A stretch of DNA of 60,309 nucleotides from Pseudolabrys sp. (lineage in GTDB: Bacteria; Pseudomonadota; Alphaproteobacteria; Rhizobiales; Xanthobacteraceae). A program made the translations under genes and the position numbers. The stretch spans positions 1-60,309 of the forward strand of contig DASTGR010000181.1 in NCBI GenBank assembly GCA_035718885.1, given 5' to 3'. Below are positions 38,722 through 48,001 of the stretch, in pieces; the first letter of the stretch is position 1, and the number at the start of each line of letters is the position of its first letter. Below the pieces are notes generated by a model. It ran no database searches. It worked only from the letters and a program-made list of their open reading frames with translations, and had not been told where the DNA came from.

Positions 38722-40811
38722 GCCTCGCGTCGGGTGAGCACGATCGAGCCGTAGCGATCGATTGCAATGTCGAAACTCGGGCTAACCACCGTGGACGTGT
38801 CGTCCTCGGCGATCACGGCGGGCCCGCTGAAGCGGGCGCCTGGTTTAAGTCGGCCGCGTTCGTAGATTGCCACTTCGCGGAATTCGCCCACCTCCGGATC
38901 GAGCACGTGACGGTGGCCGGCCGGCTGCGGTTTATGCGGCCGCTCTTCGCCGGCAATCGCGAGTTCGCCTTCGGACGGCGCGGCGAGCGACAGGACCCAG
39001 CTCAGCACCTCAATCTCGACGCCCGGAATCGGCCGGCTGTACAAACGTCGGTAAGCCTCCTCGAACAGGACGACGATCTGCTCTCGGTCGACCGCCGCGA
39101 ATTCCTTGACCGGCAATTCGACACCGATCTCGTGGCCCTGCCCGCGATAGCGCATGAAGGCCGAACGCCGCTCGGTGAGCGCGGCTCCGGGCGCACCGCG
39201 GCGCACAATCGCTTCGGCTTCGCTGCGCATGCCGGAGAACAAGGCGTTCGCTTCGTCGGGGTCAAACGATCCAAGCCCCATCAAACGCCCGCGCACCACT
39301 TCGTAGGCGACCGGCGCGCGCAACAGCCCGACCGCGGAGCCGACACCGGCATTGGCCGGGATGACGATGCGGCCGATGCCGGTCTTCTCCGCCACGCGCG
39401 CGGCATGCAGCGGCGCGGCACCGCCGAATGCGATGAGCGTGCGCGGCCGCAGGTCCTTGCCGCTTTCGATGGCGTGCACGCGCGCCGCACTCGCCATGTT
39501 CTCATCGACAATCTCGCTGACGCCGAGCGCACCGTGCTCAGGCGAGAGCGCAAGCGCCTTGCCTATCCGGTCGCCGACCGCGCGGCGGGCGGCCGCGACA
39601 TCGAGCGTCATGCTGCCCCCGGAGAACGCCGCCGGATCGATGCGGGCAAGCACGACGTCCGCATCGGTGACGGTCGGCTCTGTGCCGCCGCGACCGTAGG
39701 CGACCGGACCCGGCGTCGAGCCGGCGCTGTCCGGCCCGACACCGATGCGGCCAAGCGCGTCAACGCGCGCGATCGAGCCGCCGCCGGCGCCGATTTCGAC
39801 CATCTCGATAACGGGGATACGGAGCGGCAACCCGCTGCCTTTGAGGAAGCGGTAGATGCGGGCAACTTCGAAGGCGCGCGCGGTCTGCGGCCTGGCGCCG
39901 TCGATAAGGCAAAGCTTCGCGGTCGTGCCGCCCATGTCGAACGAGACGACCTCGTCGAGCCCGCTCTGCCGCGCAACGCAGGATGCAAAGATCGCGCCTC
40001 CCGCGGGGCCGGATTCGACGAGGCGCACGGGAAACCGCGCCGCCGTCTCGGTGCTGGTAATACCGCCGCCGGAAGTCATCAGCAGCATCGGACAGACGAA
40101 GCCGGCGCGTGCAAGCTCGCTCTCGAGCCGCCCCAGATAACGTCCCATCAATGGCTGGAGATACGCATTGGCGCAGGCCGTGGAGAAGCGCTCATATTCC
40201 CTCATTTCCGGGGACACGTCGGAAGAGAGTGTCACCGCGACGTCCGGCAAAGCCCGCGCGATCAGCTCGGCCGTCCGCCGCTCGTGCTCCGGATTGGTGA
40301 AGCTGTGCAGGAAGCCGACGGCAATGGCTTCGATCTCATGCTCCTTCAGTGTGTCCAGTGCCCGGACGACGCTGGCCTCGTCGAGCGGCACGAGTACGTT
40401 GCCCTGCGCATCGACGCGCTCGGTGACCGGCAGGCGCAGGCGCCGCCGCACCAGCGGCGGGGGCAGGTCGATATTCACGTCATATTGCTCGAACCGGTTC
40501 TCATGCCGGATCTCGATGACGTCCCGGAAGCCTTCCGTCGTGAGCAACCCGGTCTTTGCGCCCTTGCGCTCGATCAGCGCATTTGTGGCGAGCGTGGTGC
40601 CGTGGATGATCACCCTGACATCCGCGGGCGCGAGGTTCGCCTCGCCCATCGCTAGGCGCAGCGCCGACAGGACGCCCTCTTCCGGCGCACCGGTCGTCGT
40701 CAGAACTTTTGCGGTAAAACGCTCGGCTCCGCGCTCGAGGGCCACGTCGGTGAACGTGCCGCCGATATCGACGCCGAGCCTGGCTGCTGGTGATTTCGTC
40801 ACGGCGGGCAC
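38718..40811 (-). CDS. Hydantoinase A/oxoprolinase ATP-binding subunit
   Basis: GVDIGGTFTD, HGTTLATNA, ESGPAGG, FDMGGTT, IGAGGGSIA, FGGAAPLHA, MRYRGQ; ATGA overlap with subunit B. Confidence 0.93.
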   Translation of the reverse strand: MPAVTKSPAARLGVDIGGTFTDVALERGAERFTAKVLTTTGAPEEGVLSALRLAMGEANLAPADVRVIIHGTTLATNALIERKGAKTGLLTTEGFRDVIEIRHENRFEQYDVNIDLPPPLVRRRLRLPVTERVDAQGNVLVPLDEASVVRALDTLKEHEIEAIAVGFLHSFTNPEHERRTAELIARALPDVAVTLSSDVSPEMREYERFSTACANAYLQPLMGRYLGRLESELARAGFVCPMLLMTSGGGITSTETAARFPVRLVESGPAGGAIFASCVARQSGLDEVVSFDMGGTTAKLCLIDGARPQTARAFEVARIYRFLKGSGLPLRIPVIEMVEIGAGGGSIARVDALGRIGVGPDSAGSTPGPVAYGRGGTEPTVTDADVVLARIDPAAFSGGSMTLDVAAARRAVGDRIGKALALSPEHGALGVSEIVDENMASAARVHAIESGKDLRPRTLIAFGGAAPLHAARVAEKTGIGRIVIPANAGVGSAVGLLRAPVAYEVVRGRLMGLGSFDPDEANALFSGMRSEAEAIVRRGAPGAALTERRSAFMRYRGQGHEIGVELPVKEFAAVDREQIVVLFEEAYRRLYSRPIPGVEIEVLSWVLSLAAPSEGELAIAGEERPHKPQPAGHRHVLDPEVGEFREVAIYERGRLKPGARFSGPAVIAEDDTSTVVSPSFDIAIDRYGSIVLTRREA

Positions 40812-40859
40812 TCGAATTGCTGCGCGCCAGCTTAAATGTCCGAAATCACCGGTGCAAAC

Positions 40860-41732
40860 TCAGGCGCCCAGCTTGAGCGGGACCTTCAGGTAGCGCACCC
40901 CGTTCGCCTCGGCCGGGGGAAAGTGCCCCGCGCGCATATTGACCTGGATCGAGGGCAGGAGCAGCAGCGGTGTCGAGAGGGTCTTGTCGCGCGCCACACG
41001 CTTGGCGACGAACTCCTCCTCGCTGACACCGTCATGCACCTGCACGTTGCGCGCCTTCTCCTCCGCGACCGTTGTCTCCCAGGCGTATTGATCGCGGCCC
41101 GGCGCCTTGTAGTCGTGACACATGAACAAGCGCGTCTGCGGCGGCAATGACAGGATGCGCCGGATCGACCGGTAGAGAGCGTGTGCGTCGCCACCCGGGA
41201 AGTCGGCGCGGGCCGTGCCGTAGTCAGGCATGAACATCGTATCGCCGACGAAGACCGCATCGCCGATCCGGTACGACACGCAGGCCGGGGTGTGGCCGGG
41301 CGTGTAAATCACTTCGGCCTCGATGCCGCCGATCGCGAACCGCTCGCCGTCCGTGAACAGATGATCGAACTCCGAGCCGTCGCCCGACACGTCTGCCGCA
41401 TTGAAGACCGGTCGGAAGATCTGCTGCACGTCGCGAATATGCTCGCCGATACAGACGGGCGCTCCCGTCTTTTGCTTGATATAGGGTGCTGCCGAGAGGT
41501 GGTCGGCATGGACATGCGTCTCGAGCACGCGGCCGATCCTCAAACCGAGCCGTGCCGCTTCGGCCAGGAGCGTGTCGGCTGCCATCACATTGGCCTCGCC
41601 GCTCTTGTGGTCGAAGTCCAGAACCGGGTCGACCACCGCCGCATCCTTGGTCGCCGGGTCCCAGACCAGGTAGCTCACCGTATTGGTCGGCTCGTCGAAG
41701 AAGGCTTTGATTTCGGGCTTATTGGTCGCCAT
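40860..41732 (-). CDS. Persulfide dioxygenase (Blh/ETHE1-like MBL-fold)
   Basis: FFDEPTNTVSY, ETHVHADHLSAA, TPGHTPAC, GDTMFMPDYGTARADFPGG, MCHDY. Confidence 0.9.
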   Translation of the reverse strand: MATNKPEIKAFFDEPTNTVSYLVWDPATKDAAVVDPVLDFDHKSGEANVMAADTLLAEAARLGLRIGRVLETHVHADHLSAAPYIKQKTGAPVCIGEHIRDVQQIFRPVFNAADVSGDGSEFDHLFTDGERFAIGGIEAEVIYTPGHTPACVSYRIGDAVFVGDTMFMPDYGTARADFPGGDAHALYRSIRRILSLPPQTRLFMCHDYKAPGRDQYAWETTVAEEKARNVQVHDGVSEEEFVAKRVARDKTLSTPLLLLPSIQVNMRAGHFPPAEANGVRYLKVPLKLGA

Positions 41733-41765
41733 GACGCGTTCTCCTGCGGGCTCATCATATAGGAC

Positions 41766-41810
41766 TTGACGTATATATTAGCATCGCCTACATTAGCAAT
41801 ACCTAATGTA
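41766..41810 (+). promoter_or_regulatory. Sigma70 promoter overlapped by an ArsR-type operator
   Basis: TTGACG(41766)-N17-TACATT(41789); perfect inverted repeat TACATTAG-CAATAC-CTAATGTA 41789-41810; extra half-site TATATTAGCA at 41774. Confidence 0.75.
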
Positions 41811-41823
41811 CGGAAAGCGCCCG

Positions 41824-42156
41824 ATGGCCCAACGCGCCCAGACTATCAGAGCGGTCGACGCCGCAATGGCGGAACTCGAAAGCAAGGCGGCGGAAGCCGC
41901 CGCCCTGCTCAAACTGCTCGCCAACGAGAACCGGCTCTTGATCCTGTGCCGGCTGGCGCTCAAGGGCGAGATGGCCGTCGGCGATCTCGCCGGCGCGGTG
42001 GGGCTGAGCCAATCGGCGCTGTCACAGCATCTCGCGCGGATGCGCGAAGAGGGCCTCGTCGCCACGCGCCGCGATGCACAGACGATTTTCTATCGTATCG
42101 CCGACGACAATGCGAAGCGGCTCCTGATGCTGCTGAAGGACATCTACTGCCCGTGA
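41824..42156 (+). CDS. ArsR-family persulfide-sensing repressor (BigR/SqrR-like)
   Basis: LKLLANENRLLILC, SQSALSQHLARMR, IFYRI, C-terminal IYCP; both sensor Cys present; start 41824 or 41866. Confidence 0.88.
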   Translation: MAQRAQTIRAVDAAMAELESKAAEAAALLKLLANENRLLILCRLALKGEMAVGDLAGAVGLSQSALSQHLARMREEGLVATRRDAQTIFYRIADDNAKRLLMLLKDIYCP

Positions 42157-42187
42157 GGGCGGCAACAACAGAACAAGAGAGGACAGG

Positions 42188-42727
42188 ATGAGCGATCTAC
42201 AGACAATCTCCCCCACCCGCGCTGCCGAACTCGTGCGGCAAGGTGCCGTACTCGTCGACATCCGCGAGGCCGACGAAGCCGCGCGCGAGCGCATTCCCGG
42301 TGCGCGTCACCATGCGCTGAGCCGCATCGAGAAGGACGCTCCGTTGCGCGAGGGGGACGACGTGCTGGTCTTCCACTGCCGCTCGGGAGCGCGCACACGC
42401 GGCAACGCCGCGCGCCTCGCCGCAGCCTCGGGAACGTGCGACACATACATTCTCGATGGCGGTCTCGACGCCTGGAAGAAGGCCGGCCTGCCAGTCTCGT
42501 TCGACCGCAGCGCGCCGATCGACATCATGCGCCAGGTCCAGATTGGCGCCGGGTCGCTCGTGCTCATCGGCGTCGTTCTCGGCGCGCTGGTCGCGCCGGG
42601 CTTCTACGCGCTCTCGGCCATCGTCGGCGCCGGTCTGGTCTTCGCCGGCGCGACGGGTTTCTGCGGCATGGCCCATGTGCTCGCGCGGATGCCCTGGAAC
42701 AGGCGCGCATTCGCCGGGGCAAGATGA
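42188..42727 (+). CDS. Rhodanese with DUF2892 membrane anchor (YgaP-like)
   Basis: LVDIREADE, FHCRSGART, RQVQIGAG, GFCGMA..L..MPWN. Confidence 0.9.
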   Translation: MSDLQTISPTRAAELVRQGAVLVDIREADEAARERIPGARHHALSRIEKDAPLREGDDVLVFHCRSGARTRGNAARLAAASGTCDTYILDGGLDAWKKAGLPVSFDRSAPIDIMRQVQIGAGSLVLIGVVLGALVAPGFYALSAIVGAGLVFAGATGFCGMAHVLARMPWNRRAFAGAR

Positions 42728-43509
42728 CCGCGCTCGCCGCGCTCCTCGCCATCGGTTCGGGCGGCATAGTCGGCTTCACGCTCGGGCTCGTCGGCGGCGG
42801 CGGCTCGATCATGGCCGTGCCCTTGCTCGTCTATGTCGTCGGCGTCGCCTCCCCGCACGTGGCAATCGGCACCAGCGCCGTCGCAGTGGCGGCAAGCGCC
42901 GCCGCCAACCTCGTCGGGCACGCGAGAGCGCATACCGTCAAATGGAATTGCGCCGCGGTGTTCGCGCTGGCCGGCGTCGCCGGCGCGGCCGCCGGCGCGC
43001 ACTTCGGCAAGCTGATCGACGGCGGCCGCCTGCTGACCCTGTTTGGCGTGCTGATGATCTTCATCGGCGTGCTGATGCTTCGGCCGCGCAAATCCGGCGA
43101 TCATCCGGACGTAAAACTGACGCGCGACAGCCTGCACCTCCTGCCCTGGCTCGCCGGCATCGGTTTCCTCGTCGGCGCGCTGTCCGGCTTCTTCGGTATT
43201 GGCGGCGGCTTTCTGATCGTGCCCGGCCTGATGGCCGCAACGGGCATGCCGCTGATCAATGCGGTGGGCTCCTCGTTGTTCGCAGTGACCGCATTCGGCC
43301 TGACCACGGCGGCGAGCTACGCGGCCTCCGGTCTCGTCGATTGGCCGCTCGCCGGCCTGTTCATCCTCGGCGGCGCAGCCGGCGGAGTTGGAGGCATCGC
43401 GCTGGCGCGCAGATTGTCTTCGCACAAGCACGCGCTCACCCGCATTTTCTCCGCCATCGTCATTGCCGTGGGTGCTTACGTGACGACGCGCGGCTTTCTT
43501 CCGGCGTGA
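42724..43509 (+). CDS. TauE/SafE sulfite exporter
   Basis: LGLVGGGGSIMAVP, AIGTSA, SGFFGIGGGFLIVP; ATGA overlap with the rhodanese. Confidence 0.9.
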   Translation: MTALAALLAIGSGGIVGFTLGLVGGGGSIMAVPLLVYVVGVASPHVAIGTSAVAVAASAAANLVGHARAHTVKWNCAAVFALAGVAGAAAGAHFGKLIDGGRLLTLFGVLMIFIGVLMLRPRKSGDHPDVKLTRDSLHLLPWLAGIGFLVGALSGFFGIGGGFLIVPGLMAATGMPLINAVGSSLFAVTAFGLTTAASYAASGLVDWPLAGLFILGGAAGGVGGIALARRLSSHKHALTRIFSAIVIAVGAYVTTRGFLPA

Positions 43510-43588
43510 CCATTGCCCACGAAACTTCGGGCGACCGGAAAACTTACCAAATTGTCATTCGCCGTCGGCACCTCCACGGTCTTGCGCC

Positions 43589-43614
43589 GGAACAATGGTA
43601 GCAGCGACCGTGTT
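43589..43614 (+). promoter_or_regulatory. Putative sigma-EcfG (general stress) promoter
   Basis: GGAAC-N17-TGTT upstream of the SDR gene. Confidence 0.5.
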
Positions 43615-43638
43615 GCCATCGCGGACGTTCGCTCCGCG

Positions 43639-44712
43639 ATGAGCCTTTTCATGAGTCTCGCCTTCCCTTTCGGCCGCACGCCGTTCCGCAACAAGGTCAT
43701 CGTCGTCACCGGCGCGTCCGCCGGCGTCGGCCGCGCCACGGCGGAGGCCTTCGCGCGGCAAGGCGCCTTCATCGGGCTCATCGCCCGCGATGCGGAGTCG
43801 CTGGCCGACACCAAGGCCGAGTTGATGCGGATCGGCGCGCCGGTCGCGGTGCACGCCTGTGACGTTGCCGATGCCGACGCGGTATTCGCCGCCGCCGCGC
43901 AGTTCGAGCGTGAACTCGGGCCGATCGACGTCTGGGTCAATGCGGCCATGGTCACCGTCTTTTCCCCGATCGCCGAGATGACGCCGGATGAATTCCGCCG
44001 GGTCACCGAAGTGACCTATCTCGGCTTCGTCCACGGGACGCTCGCCGCGCTCAAATACATGCGCGCCCGCAATGACGGGACGATCGTCCAGGTCGGCTCG
44101 GCGCTCGCCTATCGCGGCATCCCGCTCCAGTCGGCCTATTGCGCCGCCAAATTCGCCATCCGAGGATTCACGCAATCGCTGCGCACAGAGCTGGAACACG
44201 ACGGCAGCCGGGTGCGCGTGTCGATGGTGCAGCTTCCCGGTATCAACACGCCGCAGTTCGACTGGGCGCGTGCGCATGTCGGCCGGCATCCTCAGCCGGT
44301 CCCCCCCGTGTTCGAGCCGGAAGTGCCGGCGCGCGCGATCCTGCGCGCCGCGCGCGAGGGCAAGGCGGAATACTGGGTGAGCCGCACCGTCGCCGAGCTT
44401 GTGCTCGGCACGATGATCGCGCCGCGTTTGATCGCGAAATATCTGGCCCGCACGACAGTCGAGGGGCAAATGACGCCCGAGCCTATCTCGCCACGGCGAC
44501 CCGACAATCTCTATGCGCCCGTCGTCCGGTATCACCGCACGCACGGCTCGTTCGGCAAGAAAGCCAAACGCCGCGCCGTCACGCTGAACGCGGACCACGC
44601 CCGGTTCGGGGTGGTCGCCGCCGGCACGGCCGCGACATTGGGTCTCGGCTTCCTCCTCGGCCGCGCAGCTCAACGATTTGTAACGGAACGCACACAACGC
44701 TCCGTCCGTTGA
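43639..44712 (+). CDS. SDR oxidoreductase with C-terminal hydrophobic anchor
   Basis: TGASAGVG, WVNAA, VGSAL, YCAAK, PGINTPQF; start 43639 or 43651. Confidence 0.9.
   Translation: MSLFMSLAFPFGRTPFRNKVIVVTGASAGVGRATAEAFARQGAFIGLIARDAESLADTKAELMRIGAPVAVHACDVADADAVFAAAAQFERELGPIDVWVNAAMVTVFSPIAEMTPDEFRRVTEVTYLGFVHGTLAALKYMRARNDGTIVQVGSALAYRGIPLQSAYCAAKFAIRGFTQSLRTELEHDGSRVRVSMVQLPGINTPQFDWARAHVGRHPQPVPPVFEPEVPARAILRAAREGKAEYWVSRTVAELVLGTMIAPRLIAKYLARTTVEGQMTPEPISPRRPDNLYAPVVRYHRTHGSFGKKAKRRAVTLNADHARFGVVAAGTAATLGLGFLLGRAAQRFVTERTQRSVR
44685..44710 (+). promoter_or_regulatory. Putative sigma-EcfG promoter (consensus match)
   Basis: GGAAC(44685)-N17-CGTT(44707) inside the SDR 3' end, about 40 bp before the next gene. 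Confidence 0.6.
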
Positions 44713-44751
44713 CTTTGCGGGAGCGACATTCTCAATCGCGGGTCATGGAAC

Positions 44752-45723
44752 GTGGCGCTGATCGAACGGCCGGCGCAAGGCGTGGTTTATCGCGAGCGGA
44801 CCGGCCCGCCGCTGTCTAACAAGACGCTCGTCGCCGCAGGTGCGGCGCTCCTCGGTATCGGGCTGGCCGGCGCGCTTTTGCGGCGTCGGCGCGCGGCGCT
44901 GCCGCCTCATCGTCCCGACGGATTCAAGCGGTGCGCGCGCGGACTCGAGCGCGGAGCGGCGATCCTCGCGGCAAGCGTCGTCGCCGACAGCGCGATGGAG
45001 CACTTCCGCGGCAATTATGACAATCGCGGCATGATCCTGGCGCCGCTGGTCGCAACGGCGACCATGGCGACTGCGCTGGCCGGACGTCCGGCGAAAACCG
45101 CTTCGTCAGCAGTGTTCGGCACCGCAGTCGCTGTCGGGCTGACCGGACTGGGCTTTCATTTCTACAACATCACCAAGCGGCCGGGCGGCCTCTCCTGGCA
45201 GACCTTGTTCTATGCCGCGCCCTTCGCCGCGCCCGGCGCGCTGGCTCTCGCCGGCGTGCTGGGACTGACGGCGGGACGCGTTCCGCGCGCCCGGTATGCT
45301 TGCTCCGCCACGCAGCGCTATGTCGCGACCGGGCTTGCCTGGTCCGTCTCGGCGAGCCTCATGGTCACGGCTTCGGAAGTTTGGGTACTGCACTTCCGCG
45401 GCGCCTTCCACGATCCGTTCATGTTCGTACCGGTCACAATCGTGCCGGTGGCCGCGCTGGCGCTCGCGCATTCCGGCGCGCGCCCGAGCCCGCGCAATCT
45501 TACTGTGACGCGGTGGCTCCTGCGGCTGACGGCTCTCGTCGGCCTTGCTGGCACCGGCTTCCATGCCTTTGGCATCTCCCGCAACATGGGCGGATGGCGC
45601 AACTGGTCGCAAAATATATTTGCGGGCCCTCCGCTGCCGGCGCCGCCCAGCTTCACCGGCCTCGCATTCGCCGGCCTCGGCACGCTGACTCTCCTAAGCA
45701 CGTGCGGAGGCGCCGATGTCTGA
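44752..45723 (+). CDS. Uncharacterised membrane protein with an internal duplication and four repeat-conserved His
   Basis: Repeat 1 EHFRG..GLGFH..RPGG..APFAAP; repeat 2 LHFRG..GTGFH..NMGG..PPLPAP. Confidence 0.8.
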   Translation: MALIERPAQGVVYRERTGPPLSNKTLVAAGAALLGIGLAGALLRRRRAALPPHRPDGFKRCARGLERGAAILAASVVADSAMEHFRGNYDNRGMILAPLVATATMATALAGRPAKTASSAVFGTAVAVGLTGLGFHFYNITKRPGGLSWQTLFYAAPFAAPGALALAGVLGLTAGRVPRARYACSATQRYVATGLAWSVSASLMVTASEVWVLHFRGAFHDPFMFVPVTIVPVAALALAHSGARPSPRNLTVTRWLLRLTALVGLAGTGFHAFGISRNMGGWRNWSQNIFAGPPLPAPPSFTGLAFAGLGTLTLLSTCGGADV

Positions 45724-46363
45724 CCGCTCCTTCCGCAACCCTTATCCCGACTACGACGTGCTGGCGAAGTGGGACACGCCGTCCTGGAACACGCAGACCC
45801 GCGCGGTCCTGCGCAAGCGGCTCACCGGCGTTCCGCCGCGGCGGTTTCTGACGGAATTGCAATACGAGACGCTGGAGGCGGTGTGCGATCGCGTCATGCC
45901 GCAGGGGGAGCGCGGCGATGACAAGGTGCCGATTGCGCCCTTCATCGACGCACGCTTGCACGAGAATGAAGGCAGCGGCACCCGCTACGAGCCGATGCCG
46001 CCGCTTCAGGAGCGCTGGCGCCGCGGCCTCGACGCCATCGAGGCGGAGGCGCAGCATCGTTTCCACCGCGCCTATCGCGTGCTCGATCCGGCCGAGCAGG
46101 ACCTGATCCTGCACGCCATGAACAAGGGCGACACCGAAAGCCCCGCCTGGGGGCCACGCATGCCGGCGCAGAAATTCATGCGACACGAACTGCTGCGCAC
46201 CATCGTCGAAGTTTATTACGCGCATCCGGCAGCCTGGAGCGAGATCGGCTTTGGCGGGCCCGCTTCGCCGCGCGGATATGTTCGCCTCCAGCCGAACCGC
46301 CACGACAGTTGGGAAGGCGAAGAGCGCGACGCTTCACTCGTCCGCGCGGCGGCCGCCAAATGA
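45716..46363 (+). CDS. Gluconate 2-dehydrogenase subunit 3 (gamma) family protein, no Tat signal
   Basis: FLTELQYETLEAVCDRVMP, FIDARL, YYAHPAAWSEIGFGGP. Confidence 0.85.
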   Translation: MSDRSFRNPYPDYDVLAKWDTPSWNTQTRAVLRKRLTGVPPRRFLTELQYETLEAVCDRVMPQGERGDDKVPIAPFIDARLHENEGSGTRYEPMPPLQERWRRGLDAIEAEAQHRFHRAYRVLDPAEQDLILHAMNKGDTESPAWGPRMPAQKFMRHELLRTIVEVYYAHPAAWSEIGFGGPASPRGYVRLQPNRHDSWEGEERDASLVRAAAAK

Positions 46364-48000
46364 GCGCCTCGTTCGAAAAACCGCGCGCGGCCGACGGCCG
46401 GGCCCCGGACGTGTTCAGCCACGATGGTTGGCTGCCGATGAAGCAGTACCGCGAGGACGAGGCGGTCGACTTCGCCATCGTCGGCACGGGCGCCGGCGGT
46501 GCGACCTTGGCCGCGAAGTTGAGCGAAGCAGGATTTTCCGTGGTCGCGTTCGACGCCGGCGCTTTTTACCGCCCCCTCGCCGACTTCGCGTCCGACGAGA
46601 CCGCGCAGAACCGGCTCTACTGGCTCGGCGACCGCATCAGCGGCGGCGAGGATCCGGTCGAGTTCGGCTCCAACAATTCCGGCCGCGCCGTCGGCGGATC
46701 GACCGTGCATTTCCAGATGGTGGTGTTGCGCTGGCGGCCGGAATGGTTCGCGTCGCGCTCCAAGCTCGGTTACGGCCGCGACTGGCCGATCGACTGGCGC
46801 GAGATGTGGCGTTACTACGACGAGGCCGAAGAGGCGCTGAAGGTTTCAGGCCCGGTTCGCTATCCGTGGGGCCCGCCGCGCGGGCGCTATCCCTATCGCG
46901 AGCACGAGGTGAACGCGGCCGGGCTGGTGCTCGCCAAGGGTGCGGAGGAACTCGGCGTTCGGTGGGCGGCGACACCGCTCGCGACCGTCTCGGCACCGCG
47001 CGGCAAGTCGCCGCCCTGCGTCTACCGCGGCTTCTGCAAGTCAGGCTGCTCGACCAACGCCAAGCAGAGCGCGCTCAATACCTGGGTTCCGCGCGCGATC
47101 GCGGCCGGAACGGAAATTCGTGACCTGGCCATGGTCGGTCAGATCGAAACCGGCACCGACGGGCTCGCGAGCGGGGTCGTCTACCATCGCGACGGTCAAT
47201 GGCGCCGGCAACGCGCGCGCAATGTCGTCGTTGCGGGCTACGCCATCGAAACACCGCGCCTGCTCCTGCATTCCGCCTGCGCCAAACATCCCGACGGCCT
47301 CGCCAATTCGAGCGGCCTCGTCGGCAAGTATTTCATGGTGCACTCGAACCACGCGGTCTGGGGCGTGATGCAGGACGAAATCCGCTGGTACAAGGGACCA
47401 CCCTCGATGGCCGTGTGCGAGCATTGGAATTACGAGGACAAGGGCAAGGACTTCCACGGCGGCTATGCGTTCATGAGTCAGGGGCCGCTGCCGATCGACC
47501 ATGCCCGGTCGCTGGTGTCCGACACCGGCATGTTCGGCATGGAATTGCGTCAGCGCATGGCGCTCTACAATCACATGGCTGGCCTGAAGATCGTCGGCGA
47601 GACCGACGCCCGCGAGCAAAACCGGATCGAATTGGCCGACGAGACCGACGAATTCGGCATCCCGCTCGCGCATGTCACCTACGCCTATTCCGACAACGAC
47701 AAGCGCCTCTATAAACACTCGCTGCGCTTCATGCGGCAGATGTTGGAGGCTGCTGGCGCCAGCGACATGACGGAGACGTCGAGCACCGCGCATCTCATGG
47801 GCGGCTGCCGCATGGGCACGAGCCCCAGCGACAGCGTCACTGACGCCGACGGCCGCGCCTGGGACATTCCCAATCTCTGGATTTGCGACGGATCGCTGTT
47901 TCCAACCGCGGGCGGCGTCAATCCCTCGCTGACGATCTATGCGCTGGCCTGCCGCATGGGCGACCGCATTCCGGCGCTGGCAAGCCGCGGAGAATTGTGA
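46360..48000 (+). CDS. GMC family flavoprotein dehydrogenase, large subunit
   Basis: IVGTGAGG, GRAVGGSTVH, CVYRGFCKSGC Cys cluster, IETPRLLL, HLMGGCRMG, NPSLTI; ATGA overlap. Confidence 0.92.
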   Translation: MSASFEKPRAADGRAPDVFSHDGWLPMKQYREDEAVDFAIVGTGAGGATLAAKLSEAGFSVVAFDAGAFYRPLADFASDETAQNRLYWLGDRISGGEDPVEFGSNNSGRAVGGSTVHFQMVVLRWRPEWFASRSKLGYGRDWPIDWREMWRYYDEAEEALKVSGPVRYPWGPPRGRYPYREHEVNAAGLVLAKGAEELGVRWAATPLATVSAPRGKSPPCVYRGFCKSGCSTNAKQSALNTWVPRAIAAGTEIRDLAMVGQIETGTDGLASGVVYHRDGQWRRQRARNVVVAGYAIETPRLLLHSACAKHPDGLANSSGLVGKYFMVHSNHAVWGVMQDEIRWYKGPPSMAVCEHWNYEDKGKDFHGGYAFMSQGPLPIDHARSLVSDTGMFGMELRQRMALYNHMAGLKIVGETDAREQNRIELADETDEFGIPLAHVTYAYSDNDKRLYKHSLRFMRQMLEAAGASDMTETSSTAHLMGGCRMGTSPSDSVTDADGRAWDIPNLWICDGSLFPTAGGVNPSLTIYALACRMGDRIPALASRGEL

Positions 48001-48001
48001 C

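Noticed and set aside
37051-40655. Long + strand ORFs (567 and 654 aa), and similar antisense ORFs at 11956-13491, 17839-19482, 29607-31874, 52762-54285 and 55214-56674
   Set aside because: Shadow frames of well-supported genes in high-GC DNA, with no recognisable motifs.
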